From assembly GCA_018263575.1 (NCBI GenBank), contig JAANWX010000056.1:1-47814 (forward strand): a stretch of 47,814 bases of DNA. The letters run 5' to 3'. A program made the translations under genes and the position numbers. A model generated the notes under the pieces. The model saw nothing but the letters and a program-made list of their open reading frames with translations. It searched no databases and was not told the DNA's origin. The stretch comes from Chloroflexota bacterium (GTDB lineage Bacteria > Chloroflexota > Anaerolineae > Anaerolineales > UBA11858). The number at the start of each line of letters is the position of its first letter. Position 1 is the first letter of the stretch. Shown here one piece after another: positions 1 to 10,207 of this stretch.

Positions 1-21
1 CCAATCTCCAATCTCCAATCT

Positions 22-1470
22 CTAACCTCCAGCCTCCCGCTCCGCCAACACATCTTTAATAACGGCCTCCGCCTCATCTGATAGGGGAGTAACCTCATGC
101 TCGGCCAGGATTTGGCGGGCACGCTGGTTGGCGCGGGTGAACATATCCTTGCGGCCTTTTTCGTCCCAGGTGGTGTAGTCGTTGCGATCGATAATGTCGG
201 GCATCCATTGGGCAGTGCGGAAATTCTCGAACGTGTGCCGGTCAGCAATGTAGCCGCCGCCGGGGGTCACCCGCTTGGTGGCGTCCAGGGCCAGGGTGGC
301 CTTGTTGACGGGAAGTCCGCCGGCAAAGTAGCGTGTCATGCGGATGATCTCGTCGGCGATTACCAACATTTCCATGGATGAGGTGGAGCCATACTCAATA
401 TAGGCCACATCATGGGCCAGGGTGGTGCGGGAGAGGAAAGCGGTCATGATCGAGAAGGTGGCTTCTAGCCCGGCCTGAGCATCGACCACTTTGCTGTCGG
501 TTGCTCCGGCGTACCCCCACACGGGGAGGTTATAGTAATAGGCTAAGGCTGTCCAAGCCGCCATCCCCAGGCTCCATTCGGGCGCGCCATAGCTGACAAT
601 GGTGGTTTTCATGTCCAAGGCGGCGGTGTTCATTCCGTACAAGAAGGGCGCTCCAGGGTTCACCAGTTGAGAGATTATCAGACCCAGCAGGCATTCGGCA
701 TTGCCCAGGGCCACCGAACCGGCCACCGTGATCGGCCCTCCCCCGCCAGGGTTGGTGGAGGGGATATAGGCCACAGGGACGCCTTTTTCAGCACAAAAGA
801 TCACTTTTTGGAGGGATTCTTCGATGATGAAGAGCGGGGAGATGGGTTCAGCGTATTGCAGGAAGATGGGTTTCTCCCGTAGAATATCTTCTCCTCCCAC
901 GGCGGCCGCCGCAATGCGATAAATATCCCGCATGTCGTGGATGTCTTTGGCGGTGTAAACGTTGGGCTTAGTTGTGCCGCGCAGCATGCGGATAAAGGAA
1001 TGGATGTAGAGGTCATCGGGGGGGACGTCGGCGGAATTGCTCATGGACATGACGAAGTCAATGTTATCCAGGGCGTCGCTGAGGCGGGCGAAATCTTCCA
1101 CGTCTTGAGTCACGGCGCGGCGACGTTCTCCGCTTTCGATGTCGATGGTGAAGATGGTGTCGGAGCCAGTCCCGAAGAAAACTTTGCCTAATTCGAGAGG
1201 CATGACCAGGTTCCCCAACCGGTCGTACATGGGGATGCGGGAAGGCGCGCTGGCCAGGGCGTCATTGACGATGTGCTCGGGGATTTTTATGCGTCCGTCC
1301 GCTTCCCACGCGCCGGCCTCTAGGAGGAGTTCCCGGCCTTGGGGGTCTTCCATTTTGACACCGGTCTCGCGCAGAATCTCCAAGGTGGCGCTGTGGAGTT
1401 CTCGCACTTGCTCGTCGGAAAGCATGTTGATGGTGGGGTATGTGGTTGGGATAGGGACTTGCTGAGTCAT
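22..1470 (-). CDS. MttB-superfamily (trimethylamine methyltransferase family) corrinoid-dependent methyltransferase, non-pyrrolysine, copy 1
   Basis: 482 aa; family motifs FGTGSD, LDMKT..SYGAPE, GYAGATDSKVVDAQAG, HDVAYIE; AGGAGA RBS. Confidence 0.9.
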   Translation of the reverse strand: MTQQVPIPTTYPTINMLSDEQVRELHSATLEILRETGVKMEDPQGRELLLEAGAWEADGRIKIPEHIVNDALASAPSRIPMYDRLGNLVMPLELGKVFFGTGSDTIFTIDIESGERRRAVTQDVEDFARLSDALDNIDFVMSMSNSADVPPDDLYIHSFIRMLRGTTKPNVYTAKDIHDMRDIYRIAAAAVGGEDILREKPIFLQYAEPISPLFIIEESLQKVIFCAEKGVPVAYIPSTNPGGGGPITVAGSVALGNAECLLGLIISQLVNPGAPFLYGMNTAALDMKTTIVSYGAPEWSLGMAAWTALAYYYNLPVWGYAGATDSKVVDAQAGLEATFSIMTAFLSRTTLAHDVAYIEYGSTSSMEMLVIADEIIRMTRYFAGGLPVNKATLALDATKRVTPGGGYIADRHTFENFRTAQWMPDIIDRNDYTTWDEKGRKDMFTRANQRARQILAEHEVTPLSDEAEAVIKDVLAEREAGG

Positions 1471-1519
1471 ATATTTCTCCTAAAAAAGTGAAAGTTGGGT
1501 GCTGGCTATTGGGTATTTG

Positions 1520-1567
1520 AGGCTTGCCCTGAGCCTGGTCGAAAGGCTTGCCCTGAGCCTGGTCGAA
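1520..1567. repeat. Two tandem 24-bp copies of AGGCTTGCCCTGAGCCTGGTCGAA (REP-like), followed by a degenerate 7-mer TTACTCA-type tract to ~1617
   Basis: Read directly from the sequence. Confidence 0.85.
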
Positions 1568-1613
1568 GGGAAGGTCACTCATTACTCTTTACTCATCACT
1601 CTTCACTCCTCAC

Positions 1614-3746
1614 TCACTCTTCTCTGTGCCATATCCCCCTATTTTCTATCAGCCAAAGCTGGGAATTGATTTTAGGGTCGCCATCTTTGGGCTGGACGCG
1701 CTCGTACTTGCCATTGGGTAACATGCGGCGGGCTTTGACGTTGTCCTTAAGGTGAATGTTGAGAATCTCATCGCGCAGGGCAGTTTTTAAGCGTTCATCC
1801 TCAATGGGGACCAGGGTTTCGACGCGACGGTAAAGGTTGCGGGGCATGAGGTCCGCGCTGCCGATAATTATCTCTTCATCACCGCCGTTGCGGAAATAAT
1901 AGATACGGGTGTGCTCCAGGAAGCGTCCCACAATAGAGGTCACGGTGATATTCTCACTTACCCCTTCTACGCCGGGACGCAGGCAGCATATCCCCCGGGG
2001 CTGGAGGTCGATCTTTACGCCGGCCTGCGAGGCGCGGTAGAGGGCCCTGATGCAGTGTTTGTCTACCAGGGAATTCATTTTCAAGGCTATATAGCCCTTG
2101 CCGTTTTTTTTATGTTGTTCTATTTCCCGGTCAATGCGGGAGATAAATTGCTCTTGCATTTTCCCAGGTGCGACCAGGATTTTATTGTATTCTTCGTTGC
2201 GGGAGTAACCGGTCAGGGAGTTGAATAAATTAGAAAGATCAGCCCCTATTTCCGGATCACAGGTAAGATAACCTAAGTCGGCGTAAGTTCGGGCGGTCAC
2301 ATCGTTGTAGTTGCCCGTGCCCATGTGGACGTAGCGTTTAATTCCCTCTTGCTCGTTGCGGACAACCATACATATTTTGGCATGAGTCTTCAAACCCACC
2401 AGGCCATAAACCACATGTACCCCCGCTTCCTCCAGGGCGCGTGCCCAGACGATATTGTTCTCCTCGTCGAAGCGTGCTTTTAGCTCCACAAGCACGGCCA
2501 CTTGTTTCCCATTTTCGCGGGCTTCCATTAAGGCATCCACAATGGGAGAGTGAGGGCCGGTGCGGTAGAGGGCTTGTTTAATAGCCAAAACTTGAGGATC
2601 CCTGGCGGCTTGGCGGACGAATTTGACGATCGGGTCAAAACTGTCGTAGGGGTGATAAAAGAGGGTATTGTGACGGCGGATGACAGAGAAGATGTCCTCT
2701 CCTGTAGATAGCTGGGGAGGCATAGCGGGTTGGTAGGGTTTGTCTTTTAAATCGGGCCGGTTGACATCCATTAGCTCCATGACACTGGCCAGGCCAATAG
2801 GGCCATCTGATTGATAGACCTGATAAGGGGCTATACCAAGGTTATTGATCAATATCTCGCGTACCTGGTCAGACATGGTCTCGTCTATTTCTAGGCGCAC
2901 GGTGGAACCAAAGTGGCGTTTGCGAACGCTTTCCTCAATGGCTATCAAAAGGTCAGAGGCTTCATCTTCTTCTATCTCTGGGTCAGCGTCGCGGGTGATG
3001 CGGAAAGGGTAGGTAGCTACAACCTCTACACCGGGGAAGAGGATGTCTAAATTAGCGCCCACTACCTCTTCTAACCACACAAAGTTATTGGAAGATGCTT
3101 GGACGAGCCCCAGGCTTTGATAGTCTTCGGCCGTTTCTTCGCTGGGAATGCGCAGCAAGCGGGGGAAGGTATTGGGCACTTTGAGGCGGGCAAAGCGCTG
3201 GCCGTGCACGGGGTCGTTAACCACCACGGCCAGGTTAAGGCTGAGATTTGAGATATGTGGGAAGGGGTGGCCAGGGTCAAATGCCAAAGGGGTGAGCGCG
3301 GGAAAAATTTCTGCCTTGAAGTATTTTCGCATCAACTTGCATTGTTTGCGTTTGAGGTCATTGTAACGCAGTATTTTGATGCCTTCTTTTTTGAGCTTTG
3401 GGACCAGGTCGTTGTGCCAGCAGTCGTATTGCTTGTCCAGGACAGGAAGCAGGTTTTTGCGAATAGTGGCTAATTGTTCGGCTGGGGTCATCCCATCGGC
3501 GGGCGTTTTTAATACCCCAGCCGCCAACTGCCGTCGCAGTCCAGAAACACGTACCATGAAGAACTCATCCAGGAGGCTGCCAAAGATAGCAATGAACTTG
3601 ACCCTTTCCAGCAAAGGATGCGTTTCATCCAGTGCCTCTTCTAACACCCGGTTATTGTACTTGAGAAAACTCAACTCGCGGTTGATGTAGAGGCTGGGAT
3701 CCTTGAGAGAAGGTGGCTTTTTCTCTTTTTTCTTCTTCTTAGCCAT
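1614..3746 (-). CDS. ppk1: Polyphosphate kinase 1
   Basis: 710 aa; YINRELSFL, LDEFFMVRV, ELKARFDEENN, LKTHAK, GRFLEHTR, GSADLMPRNL. Confidence 0.97.
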   Translation of the reverse strand: MAKKKKKEKKPPSLKDPSLYINRELSFLKYNNRVLEEALDETHPLLERVKFIAIFGSLLDEFFMVRVSGLRRQLAAGVLKTPADGMTPAEQLATIRKNLLPVLDKQYDCWHNDLVPKLKKEGIKILRYNDLKRKQCKLMRKYFKAEIFPALTPLAFDPGHPFPHISNLSLNLAVVVNDPVHGQRFARLKVPNTFPRLLRIPSEETAEDYQSLGLVQASSNNFVWLEEVVGANLDILFPGVEVVATYPFRITRDADPEIEEDEASDLLIAIEESVRKRHFGSTVRLEIDETMSDQVREILINNLGIAPYQVYQSDGPIGLASVMELMDVNRPDLKDKPYQPAMPPQLSTGEDIFSVIRRHNTLFYHPYDSFDPIVKFVRQAARDPQVLAIKQALYRTGPHSPIVDALMEARENGKQVAVLVELKARFDEENNIVWARALEEAGVHVVYGLVGLKTHAKICMVVRNEQEGIKRYVHMGTGNYNDVTARTYADLGYLTCDPEIGADLSNLFNSLTGYSRNEEYNKILVAPGKMQEQFISRIDREIEQHKKNGKGYIALKMNSLVDKHCIRALYRASQAGVKIDLQPRGICCLRPGVEGVSENITVTSIVGRFLEHTRIYYFRNGGDEEIIIGSADLMPRNLYRRVETLVPIEDERLKTALRDEILNIHLKDNVKARRMLPNGKYERVQPKDGDPKINSQLWLIENRGIWHREE

Positions 3747-3907
3747 TGGTTGTTCCTTGTTAATCGTTCACTGGGAAGTGGCGGTCATCTCCGGGGTGGG
3801 GGAGGGGGAAAACTTCCCGATCCGGGATGCTCCCTAGCGGCGGACGGCGAACCCGGCGGGTACCGTTGACAAGGGCGGGACGGTCCCCCACGGGGAGACT
3901 CTCGCCA

Positions 3908-4747
3908 TTATCCATCCCCCACCTTTTTATCTTCCACCTGCCCATAGACCCGGGGTACAAAGTTTTGTTCGCTCATGGGGGGGCGCACGTAATTTGTGTC
4001 TTGTTCCTCACGTGGAGCGAGTTCTTCCAACTCTGGGGTCAGGTCTTTGTAGGTGATTAGGTTGAGCATGTGGGCCATGGTGTTTAAATGAGCGTGTTCG
4101 GGAACTTCGGCGTCCACCACGTACCAGGGCGCTTTGTCAATGTTTGTGTGGGCCATCATGGAGTCTTTGGCTTTGGAGTATTGCACCCATCGCTGGCGGG
4201 CTTCTCTATCAATGGGGGTGAGTCGCCAGCGTGTTCTGGGGTCTTTCATCCAGCTTTGGAAGCGGTGTTCTTGTTCTTCTGCGCTCACCGAAAGCCAATA
4301 TTTGATGAGGATGAATCCTTCGCGGACCAGCATGCGCTCAAATTGGGGGGTTTCGTTAAGGAAGAGGCGGTACTCATCTTCTGTGCAAAATTCCATCACC
4401 CACTCCACACCAGCGCGATTGTACCAACTTCGGTTGAAGAAGACGATTTCTCCTTTGGCGGGGAAATGTTTGGTATAGCGTTGGTAATACCATTGCCGTT
4501 TTTCACGGTCACTTGGTATGCCCAGGGCTACTGACCGCACAATGCGCGGGTTTAGTCGCTGTGTAATTTGCCTGATGGCCTCCGTTTTCCCGGCAGCGTC
4601 GCGCCCCTCGAAAATGACGATCACTTGCAAACCCTGGTCTCTGATCCAATATTGGAGTTTGACCATTTCGGTTTGGAGTTTGCGTAATTCTCGCTCGTAA
4701 TGTTCCGGGGTAATAACGCCATTTTTGTCGTATTCTATATTTGTCAT
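3908..4747 (-). CDS. ppk2: Polyphosphate kinase 2 paralog with altered Walker motifs
   Basis: 279 aa; EGRDAAGKTEAI and FNRSWYNRAGVE (canonical GKGG and FDRSWY). Confidence 0.85.
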   Translation of the reverse strand: MTNIEYDKNGVITPEHYERELRKLQTEMVKLQYWIRDQGLQVIVIFEGRDAAGKTEAIRQITQRLNPRIVRSVALGIPSDREKRQWYYQRYTKHFPAKGEIVFFNRSWYNRAGVEWVMEFCTEDEYRLFLNETPQFERMLVREGFILIKYWLSVSAEEQEHRFQSWMKDPRTRWRLTPIDREARQRWVQYSKAKDSMMAHTNIDKAPWYVVDAEVPEHAHLNTMAHMLNLITYKDLTPELEELAPREEQDTNYVRPPMSEQNFVPRVYGQVEDKKVGDG

Positions 4748-4883
4748 GGTAATCTGCTCCTTCGTTTAGAAGAGTAACAAGTAAAAAGTAATGAGAGATG
4801 CTTTTACACGGAGTTTCCCAGAGGAGACACAAACCTTAACGGAATTTTTTATTCTTTACGTTTTACTCATTACTCATTACGTT

Positions 4884-5702
4884 TCAATTATCATCAAATT
4901 CTGACCCGTAGATGAGAGGCACATAATTGTGTGCTTCGGTGGGGGGGCGTTGGTAATCCGTTTCTTCGCGCTCTTCGAACTCAACTGGATCGGGTGTTAA
5001 GTCTTGGTAAGGGATCATGGTTAAGAGATGGGAGATGCAGTTGAGACGGGCATGTTTTTTGACGTTGGCTTGCACTATGAACCAGGGGCTTTCGTTAGTG
5101 TCTGTGTATGCAAACATGGCGTCTTTGGCTTTGGAATATTCTCCCCAGCGGGCGCGGGATTCCATATCCATAGGGCTGAGTTTCCAAAGTTTACGGGGAT
5201 CTTGGTTACGGCTTCGGAAGCGTTCCTCTTGAATATCTTCGCTTATCTCGAACCAATATTTGATTAAGATAATGCCTTCCCGTACCAGCATGCGTTCGAA
5301 TGCGGGGCATTCGTTCAGGAAATGGCGGTATTCTTCTTCGGTGCAAAAGCCCATCACCCATTCCACACCAGCTCGGTTGTACCAACTGCGGTCAAATAGA
5401 ACCATTTCGCCTTTGGCTGGGAGATGTTCGATATAACGTTGAAAGTACCATTGACGATGCTCCCGGTCACTGGGTTTGGCTAGGGCTACTACCCGAACCA
5501 TACGGGGGTTCAGGCGGCGCATTATGCGGCGAATGGTTCCACCCTTTCCTGCGGCGTCGCGACCCTCGAAAATGACGATAACCCGCAGGCCCTGGTTTTT
5601 AATCCAATATTGAAGTTTGACCAGCTCGCCTTGGAGTTTTGCCAATTCTTTTTCATAATATTTATTTTTTATCTTCTTGTTTTTCTTATACTTTTTTGAC
5701 AT
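4884..5702 (-). CDS. ppk2: Polyphosphate kinase 2 (class I-like)
   Basis: 272 aa; EGRDAAGKGG, FDRSWYNRAGVE, WKLSPMD. Confidence 0.95.
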   Translation of the reverse strand: MSKKYKKNKKIKNKYYEKELAKLQGELVKLQYWIKNQGLRVIVIFEGRDAAGKGGTIRRIMRRLNPRMVRVVALAKPSDREHRQWYFQRYIEHLPAKGEMVLFDRSWYNRAGVEWVMGFCTEEEYRHFLNECPAFERMLVREGIILIKYWFEISEDIQEERFRSRNQDPRKLWKLSPMDMESRARWGEYSKAKDAMFAYTDTNESPWFIVQANVKKHARLNCISHLLTMIPYQDLTPDPVEFEEREETDYQRPPTEAHNYVPLIYGSEFDDN

Positions 5703-5719
5703 ACAACACTCCTTACCTC

Positions 5720-8290
5720 TTATAATGGTGTGATAATTTCAGCTATCATTTCTTTGAAACTATCACTCTGGAAATACACCCAGGTCTCCGGAAATGTACG
5801 TAGTTGTCTATAAAGCTCTCCTTGCCTATCGGCCAAGTAAGTTGCAACACCAGGGGCGAGGATAGGCTCTTTGGGCATATCCTGGTCTTTAGAACGCCCC
5901 CATGTTCCCCAGGTTAAAAAGTCGCGTAACAATTCGCTGGCTACCAGCGCGTCTTGCACATCTCCCAGGTGGTCTTGGAGTTTTTTCATGAGCTTGATAG
6001 CCTTCTCAGTTTGAGGTGAAAAGACTTCTTCGAAGAACTCCAATGTGTACCGCAGACGTTTGCCTGCGATTCGTAAACGGTGTAGTTGTTTTAAGGGTAC
6101 ATTGGGCGTGGTGACCCATTCCTCATAGGCCAAAACGTCTGCCATGCATTTGTATATGCTTATAGGTACCACATTGCTCACGCGATGAGGTTTTGCTCTA
6201 CCTTTCTTTGTCATTGTTTTTACTTTCCAGGCATCATCTCTTCTCAGTAGGATGGCAAAGCTCTCCTTGAATTCAGCGTATGTGTCCCCGTCCAGATAGG
6301 AGAGTAACTCTTCCCTGACCTTTTCTCGTTCTTCCTCCCACACTTCTCGGAGTGGGTCTAGCTCTTCTTGGCGTTCTGGGGGGAGTGTGTCCAGGTAGGC
6401 TTGGGTCTTATCCCAAAAGACATCCAAGTCACGCATGGAACCCAATTTGCGCCCCGTGCGTTTTAGGCCTTTGTGGATGGGCTTGAGGCGTTTCATATCC
6501 AGATAGTGTTTAAAAACGCGGAAGGCTGCCCGCATCCGGCGGGTAGCAACGCGCATTTTGTGTAATTTCTCAATGTCCTTGCTCTCCCGAGTGCCTTTTT
6601 CGTAGTATAACATTTCCTGGAAGTGGAATACGAAAGTTTTTCGAGCTGCTTCCCCCATTGAGTCATTTGCGTATAAGCCCGGATGGGTTGGCAGTTCTTG
6701 AGAACTGAAGTCAATCTCACTTTCATCCACCGGTTCTTCCTCTTCTAGGAAAGAAACGTAATCAGTTGCGGCCTGTTCAGGTTCGAAACGCAAATCTGTC
6801 TTGAATAACAAAGCCCATAAATCGCTTTTTTTCTGCGCACGGGCGGCGTCTGTAATGGCGTGGCGGCCCGTCACTTCAATTTCTACCAAGTCCTCCTTCT
6901 CGGTGACTTGGCCTATGGCACTATTCTGGCTGTGAGAATAATCCAGCCCGTCCCCTAAGCGGATCAAGGCGGCCAGGGCTAGGGCTTCATCGCGCGCTTT
7001 TTTCGACAAGCCAGCGAAAGCCTTTTTGGACGCTTTCTTGTCTACTTTTTTGTAGGTCATTTTTTTGCGGTGTAAGTAGGCGATAAGCGTCATCATCAGG
7101 CGTTCTTCTTCGTTGTACTCTTGCGGGGGATGGTCTAAGAGAATATCGCGCGCGGTCTTGTGATGGCCTTTAGGCCCAGAGACCAAGCCGATATCGTGGA
7201 GAAGGGCCGCTGTCTCTAAGAGCTGGCGATGTTCTGGGAGCAGGTTATGGAAGTCGTTGAGGTAGTCAAAGAGGGCCAGGGCGTTGTCTGCCACGGCGCG
7301 GGCGTGGTCCTGGTCTACGAGGTAGCGTTTGAGCAATTCTTGGAGTGGCCGTGGTTCGCTTTGTGGTTGGGGAGCTTCCTCTGGTTCTGAAGGCGGGGGC
7401 TGCTCGGTGGGTATTTCGGGGAGGATGGCTGCAGGAGACGGTAGTGTTTCATCTAAAATGCGTTTGGGGAAAGCCCCCAATCGTTTTTCTTGGAAAGTTG
7501 TCAGCCAGCGCCGGATTGTCCGCGTTGTCCTATCTGTGTCTTGGGCGACATGATCTTGGTCACTTCCCACATCAAGTTCCAGGAGGCCTTTCGCTCGCCG
7601 CCCATAGAGATCGTCTCGTTTGGTGATTAGCATGCAGATGGCATGTTCTTGGGGGGTTAGGATTCGTCCCCCTGGGGTGTCCTCGTTCATAAATGTCAGT
7701 GAGCGCTCGAACTTCGAACGCGGTTCAGGTTCTAATTCCCATTCGTCTTGCATGTGCCGCACAATGGAACTAATATCATCCTGCGTTCCCTTGGGACCTA
7801 GCTCAATCTCTAGTTCAAAATACCTTTGCTTTCTATCACCAGAGACAATATGGACATTGTCAAGACTTAATAGCGCAATCTCTCGTCCATCTTGAGACAT
7901 GCGGCGGTAAACGCGAGTTTGTTGGAGGTCAAAGAGGGGGAGTAGTGGAGCGTCAGCGATAAATTGTAGTATGAGATTGCGAACGGGACTCTTAGGCCAT
8001 TCCTGGGGAGGCTTGTAAGCGGGTAGGGAAATCTCTAATTCTTTCCGACGGTGGATGGCGCCACTTGCCCTTCCCGGCCCTTTGACTGTGATCAGCACTT
8101 CCGCTTCGGCCTCTCTTAAGCGGCAACTGTAACCGTTTGCCAGAATCATACGATCTTCTGTATCCAAGTAGGTATCGTGCACCTGTTGGATTTGATGCGC
8201 TGAAAGCGTAAAATTATTGACCTGATTGGCAGCTTGCAAACGTTGGAATGTTAGTACGTCAGGTAAGATGAACTTGGCTTCAATTTCCAT
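5720..8290 (-). CDS. CYTH + HTH-like + HD (Ppx C-terminal type) + CHAD multidomain polyphosphate-associated protein
   Basis: 856 aa; N-terminal MEIEAKF (ExExK) and ELEIE; HA..VA..AL.LF...LLHDIG; CHAD repeats LHKMRVATRRMR and LHRLRIAGKRLRY.LE. Confidence 0.85.
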   Translation of the reverse strand: MEIEAKFILPDVLTFQRLQAANQVNNFTLSAHQIQQVHDTYLDTEDRMILANGYSCRLREAEAEVLITVKGPGRASGAIHRRKELEISLPAYKPPQEWPKSPVRNLILQFIADAPLLPLFDLQQTRVYRRMSQDGREIALLSLDNVHIVSGDRKQRYFELEIELGPKGTQDDISSIVRHMQDEWELEPEPRSKFERSLTFMNEDTPGGRILTPQEHAICMLITKRDDLYGRRAKGLLELDVGSDQDHVAQDTDRTTRTIRRWLTTFQEKRLGAFPKRILDETLPSPAAILPEIPTEQPPPSEPEEAPQPQSEPRPLQELLKRYLVDQDHARAVADNALALFDYLNDFHNLLPEHRQLLETAALLHDIGLVSGPKGHHKTARDILLDHPPQEYNEEERLMMTLIAYLHRKKMTYKKVDKKASKKAFAGLSKKARDEALALAALIRLGDGLDYSHSQNSAIGQVTEKEDLVEIEVTGRHAITDAARAQKKSDLWALLFKTDLRFEPEQAATDYVSFLEEEEPVDESEIDFSSQELPTHPGLYANDSMGEAARKTFVFHFQEMLYYEKGTRESKDIEKLHKMRVATRRMRAAFRVFKHYLDMKRLKPIHKGLKRTGRKLGSMRDLDVFWDKTQAYLDTLPPERQEELDPLREVWEEEREKVREELLSYLDGDTYAEFKESFAILLRRDDAWKVKTMTKKGRAKPHRVSNVVPISIYKCMADVLAYEEWVTTPNVPLKQLHRLRIAGKRLRYTLEFFEEVFSPQTEKAIKLMKKLQDHLGDVQDALVASELLRDFLTWGTWGRSKDQDMPKEPILAPGVATYLADRQGELYRQLRTFPETWVYFQSDSFKEMIAEIITPL

Positions 8291-8363
8291 CGTTAACTCC
8301 TGTTAACTACCGTCAACCGTTAACTCATACTCTGTCATAGGTCCGTTTCCCCCTTTGTACATT

Positions 8364-8372
8364 ATTATAGCA
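8364..8372 (-). promoter_or_regulatory. Putative extended -10 promoter (TGCTATAAT) of the polyP operon
   Basis: TGnTATAAT on the minus strand ~75 nt upstream of the 8290 start. Confidence 0.5.
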
Positions 8373-8438
8373 TAATTAGGGATGGCTCAGAAACGTGTAT
8401 ACACTTTGGGTAGCGCGTTGGCAGTATTGGGTAAACCT

Positions 8439-9911
8439 TTACTTCTCACTCAGTATCAAGGTTGAAGCGAAACGTTCCCTGATCCAAGCATCCACTTCAG
8501 GATCAATGGGAGCAGGTTGGTAATTTTCTAAAATATCACGTGCTATTTTGGAGGCCCGCACTCGAGCGTCTTGTGCGCCGTCACCTTCCCACAGGTCGCG
8601 GTCTTGACGGTTGATCACATCCGAAGGGTAGTGATGGGCGGTGCGCATATGTTGCATGGTGTGGCGCTCTCTCAGGTAGTGATTTCCCGGCCCCACGTGG
8701 TCGATTGTCTCCAAAGCGAGAGTCTCTTCATTGACCTCAATGCCGCGTACAGCCCGCATAGCCATCCCCAGCATATCATTGTCAATCACAAATTGCTCAT
8801 ACGCTATGGTGGACATATCCTCCAACATACCGGCTGCGTGGTGGATGAAATTAGACCCCGCCAGGGCAACCTGGATTATGGATTGGGTCTTTTCAATTCC
8901 GGCTTGAATGTCTGGGAGTTTCGAATCCGTCATCCCCGCGCTGTTGTAGATTGGCACATTATAAAAATGGGCCATTTGGGTGATAGCGGCATTAGCGATG
9001 CCTATCTCAACGCTGCCTCCCAGATAGCTCCCCGTGCGCATATCAGCAATAGCGGGGATGGGGCCAATCAGGACGGGCGTGCCGGGGTTCACCAACTGCG
9101 TCAGCGCCAACCCTGCCAGCTCCTCAGCATTCAACTGGGCCAGCATTCCGGCCAAGGTGACGGGAGCGGTTGACCCCGCCATAGGAGCGGAGGATAGCAC
9201 CACCGGCATTCCCTGGCGGCAAACCTCGACCAGGAGCTCGGTCACGTCTGTGGCGAACATCAGGGGGCTGACCATCCAACTGGTGATGAAAGATACAATG
9301 GGGCGTTCCCGGAGGGCGTCAGCCCCGCCCATGATACGTTCGCTCATCTCTATTACATCGTGGATGCCTTGCATTGAATACGCCCCGGCCTGGACGTGTT
9401 TGGTCGTGTTGGCCAAGCCAGCATAATATTTACTGATCTCCACAGATTCTTCGGGGATATTTGTAGGATAAATGGGCAGCAAATAGAAGTGAATATTGTC
9501 CAGCGCGTCTACAACGAGTGCCATGTCGCCAGCATCTTTCAGGGTGGCTGGGCGGACTTTCCCAGTCTTCAGGTCTAGGACTTGGAGAGCAGCCCCCCCA
9601 GTACCTATGTGAACGCGCGATCCCTCCAAAATCAAATCATGTTTGGGGTCGCGTCCAGCCAGCACCACACGGGAGCTAGCTCTGGCCAGGGTATCTTCGA
9701 TCAGAGCGGGAGGGATACGTACCCGATTGCCATCTAAAGTGGCGCCGGCTGCTTCGAAAAGCTCCCTGGCTTGCGTTTCTTCAACCTGTACGCCAGTGCG
9801 CTCTAAAATGGCTAATGACGCCGCATGGATTTGTTGTACTTGTTCCTCGGTGAGCGGTTTATACTGTCCTCCAGAGAGGCCTTTGGGGGGCTGGGGCATT
9901 TTTTGTGACAT
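8439..9911 (-). CDS. MttB-superfamily methyltransferase, non-pyrrolysine, copy 2 (HAAGMLE subtype)
   Basis: GSTAPVTLAG, DMRTG, NSAGMTDSKLPDIQAG, HAAGMLE..YEQFVIDND; ATG at 9911 follows an AAGGA RBS. Confidence 0.9.
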   Translation of the reverse strand: MSQKMPQPPKGLSGGQYKPLTEEQVQQIHAASLAILERTGVQVEETQARELFEAAGATLDGNRVRIPPALIEDTLARASSRVVLAGRDPKHDLILEGSRVHIGTGGAALQVLDLKTGKVRPATLKDAGDMALVVDALDNIHFYLLPIYPTNIPEESVEISKYYAGLANTTKHVQAGAYSMQGIHDVIEMSERIMGGADALRERPIVSFITSWMVSPLMFATDVTELLVEVCRQGMPVVLSSAPMAGSTAPVTLAGMLAQLNAEELAGLALTQLVNPGTPVLIGPIPAIADMRTGSYLGGSVEIGIANAAITQMAHFYNVPIYNSAGMTDSKLPDIQAGIEKTQSIIQVALAGSNFIHHAAGMLEDMSTIAYEQFVIDNDMLGMAMRAVRGIEVNEETLALETIDHVGPGNHYLRERHTMQHMRTAHHYPSDVINRQDRDLWEGDGAQDARVRASKIARDILENYQPAPIDPEVDAWIRERFASTLILSEK

Positions 9912-9937
9912 AGAATATTTCCTTTTGCTCAAACCGA

Positions 9938-10032
9938 GACTTTTGAAGTCTGTCTTACGAGATGATCTGACGGCTATTCACGGAATATTTCTCAAAGTAA
10001 ATGGTCGTTTCACTAACAAGACTTCAAAAGTC
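9938..10032. repeat. Inverted REP pair GACTTTTGAAGTCT ... AGACTTCAAAAGTC (14-bp arms, 67-nt spacer)
   Basis: Perfect inverted match 9938-9951 vs 10019-10032. Confidence 0.8.
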
Positions 10033-10038
10033 GTAGTC

Positions 10039-10189
10039 GTAAGCGTTCACTACCTCAAAGAGAAGACTTCAAAAGTCTTCAAAACAACGTTTTTTGCGCT
10101 TGATAGTTCGAAAACGCTCGTGAAATTTCTCCAAAAGAGCCTTCTGAGACTTTTGAAGTTTGCCTTGGCGGGAGAGATTGAATGGTTAC
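10039..10189 (+). mobile_element. MITE family A, diverged copy (151 bp)
   Basis: Ends GTAAGCGTTCA / TGAATGGTTAC; colinear with copies at 29610 and 39412; no target duplication visible. Confidence 0.75.
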
Positions 10190-10207
10190 CAAAAATCTTC
10201 CACCTTT

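Noticed and set aside
3760-3905. Small ORF or riboswitch between ppk2 and ppk1
   Set aside because: GC-rich, but no recognisable protein or aptamer motif; left unassigned.
7480-7620. IS630 insertion inside the CYTH-CHAD gene
   Set aside because: The HTH-like segment is in frame, with no DDE domain, TIRs or TA duplication.
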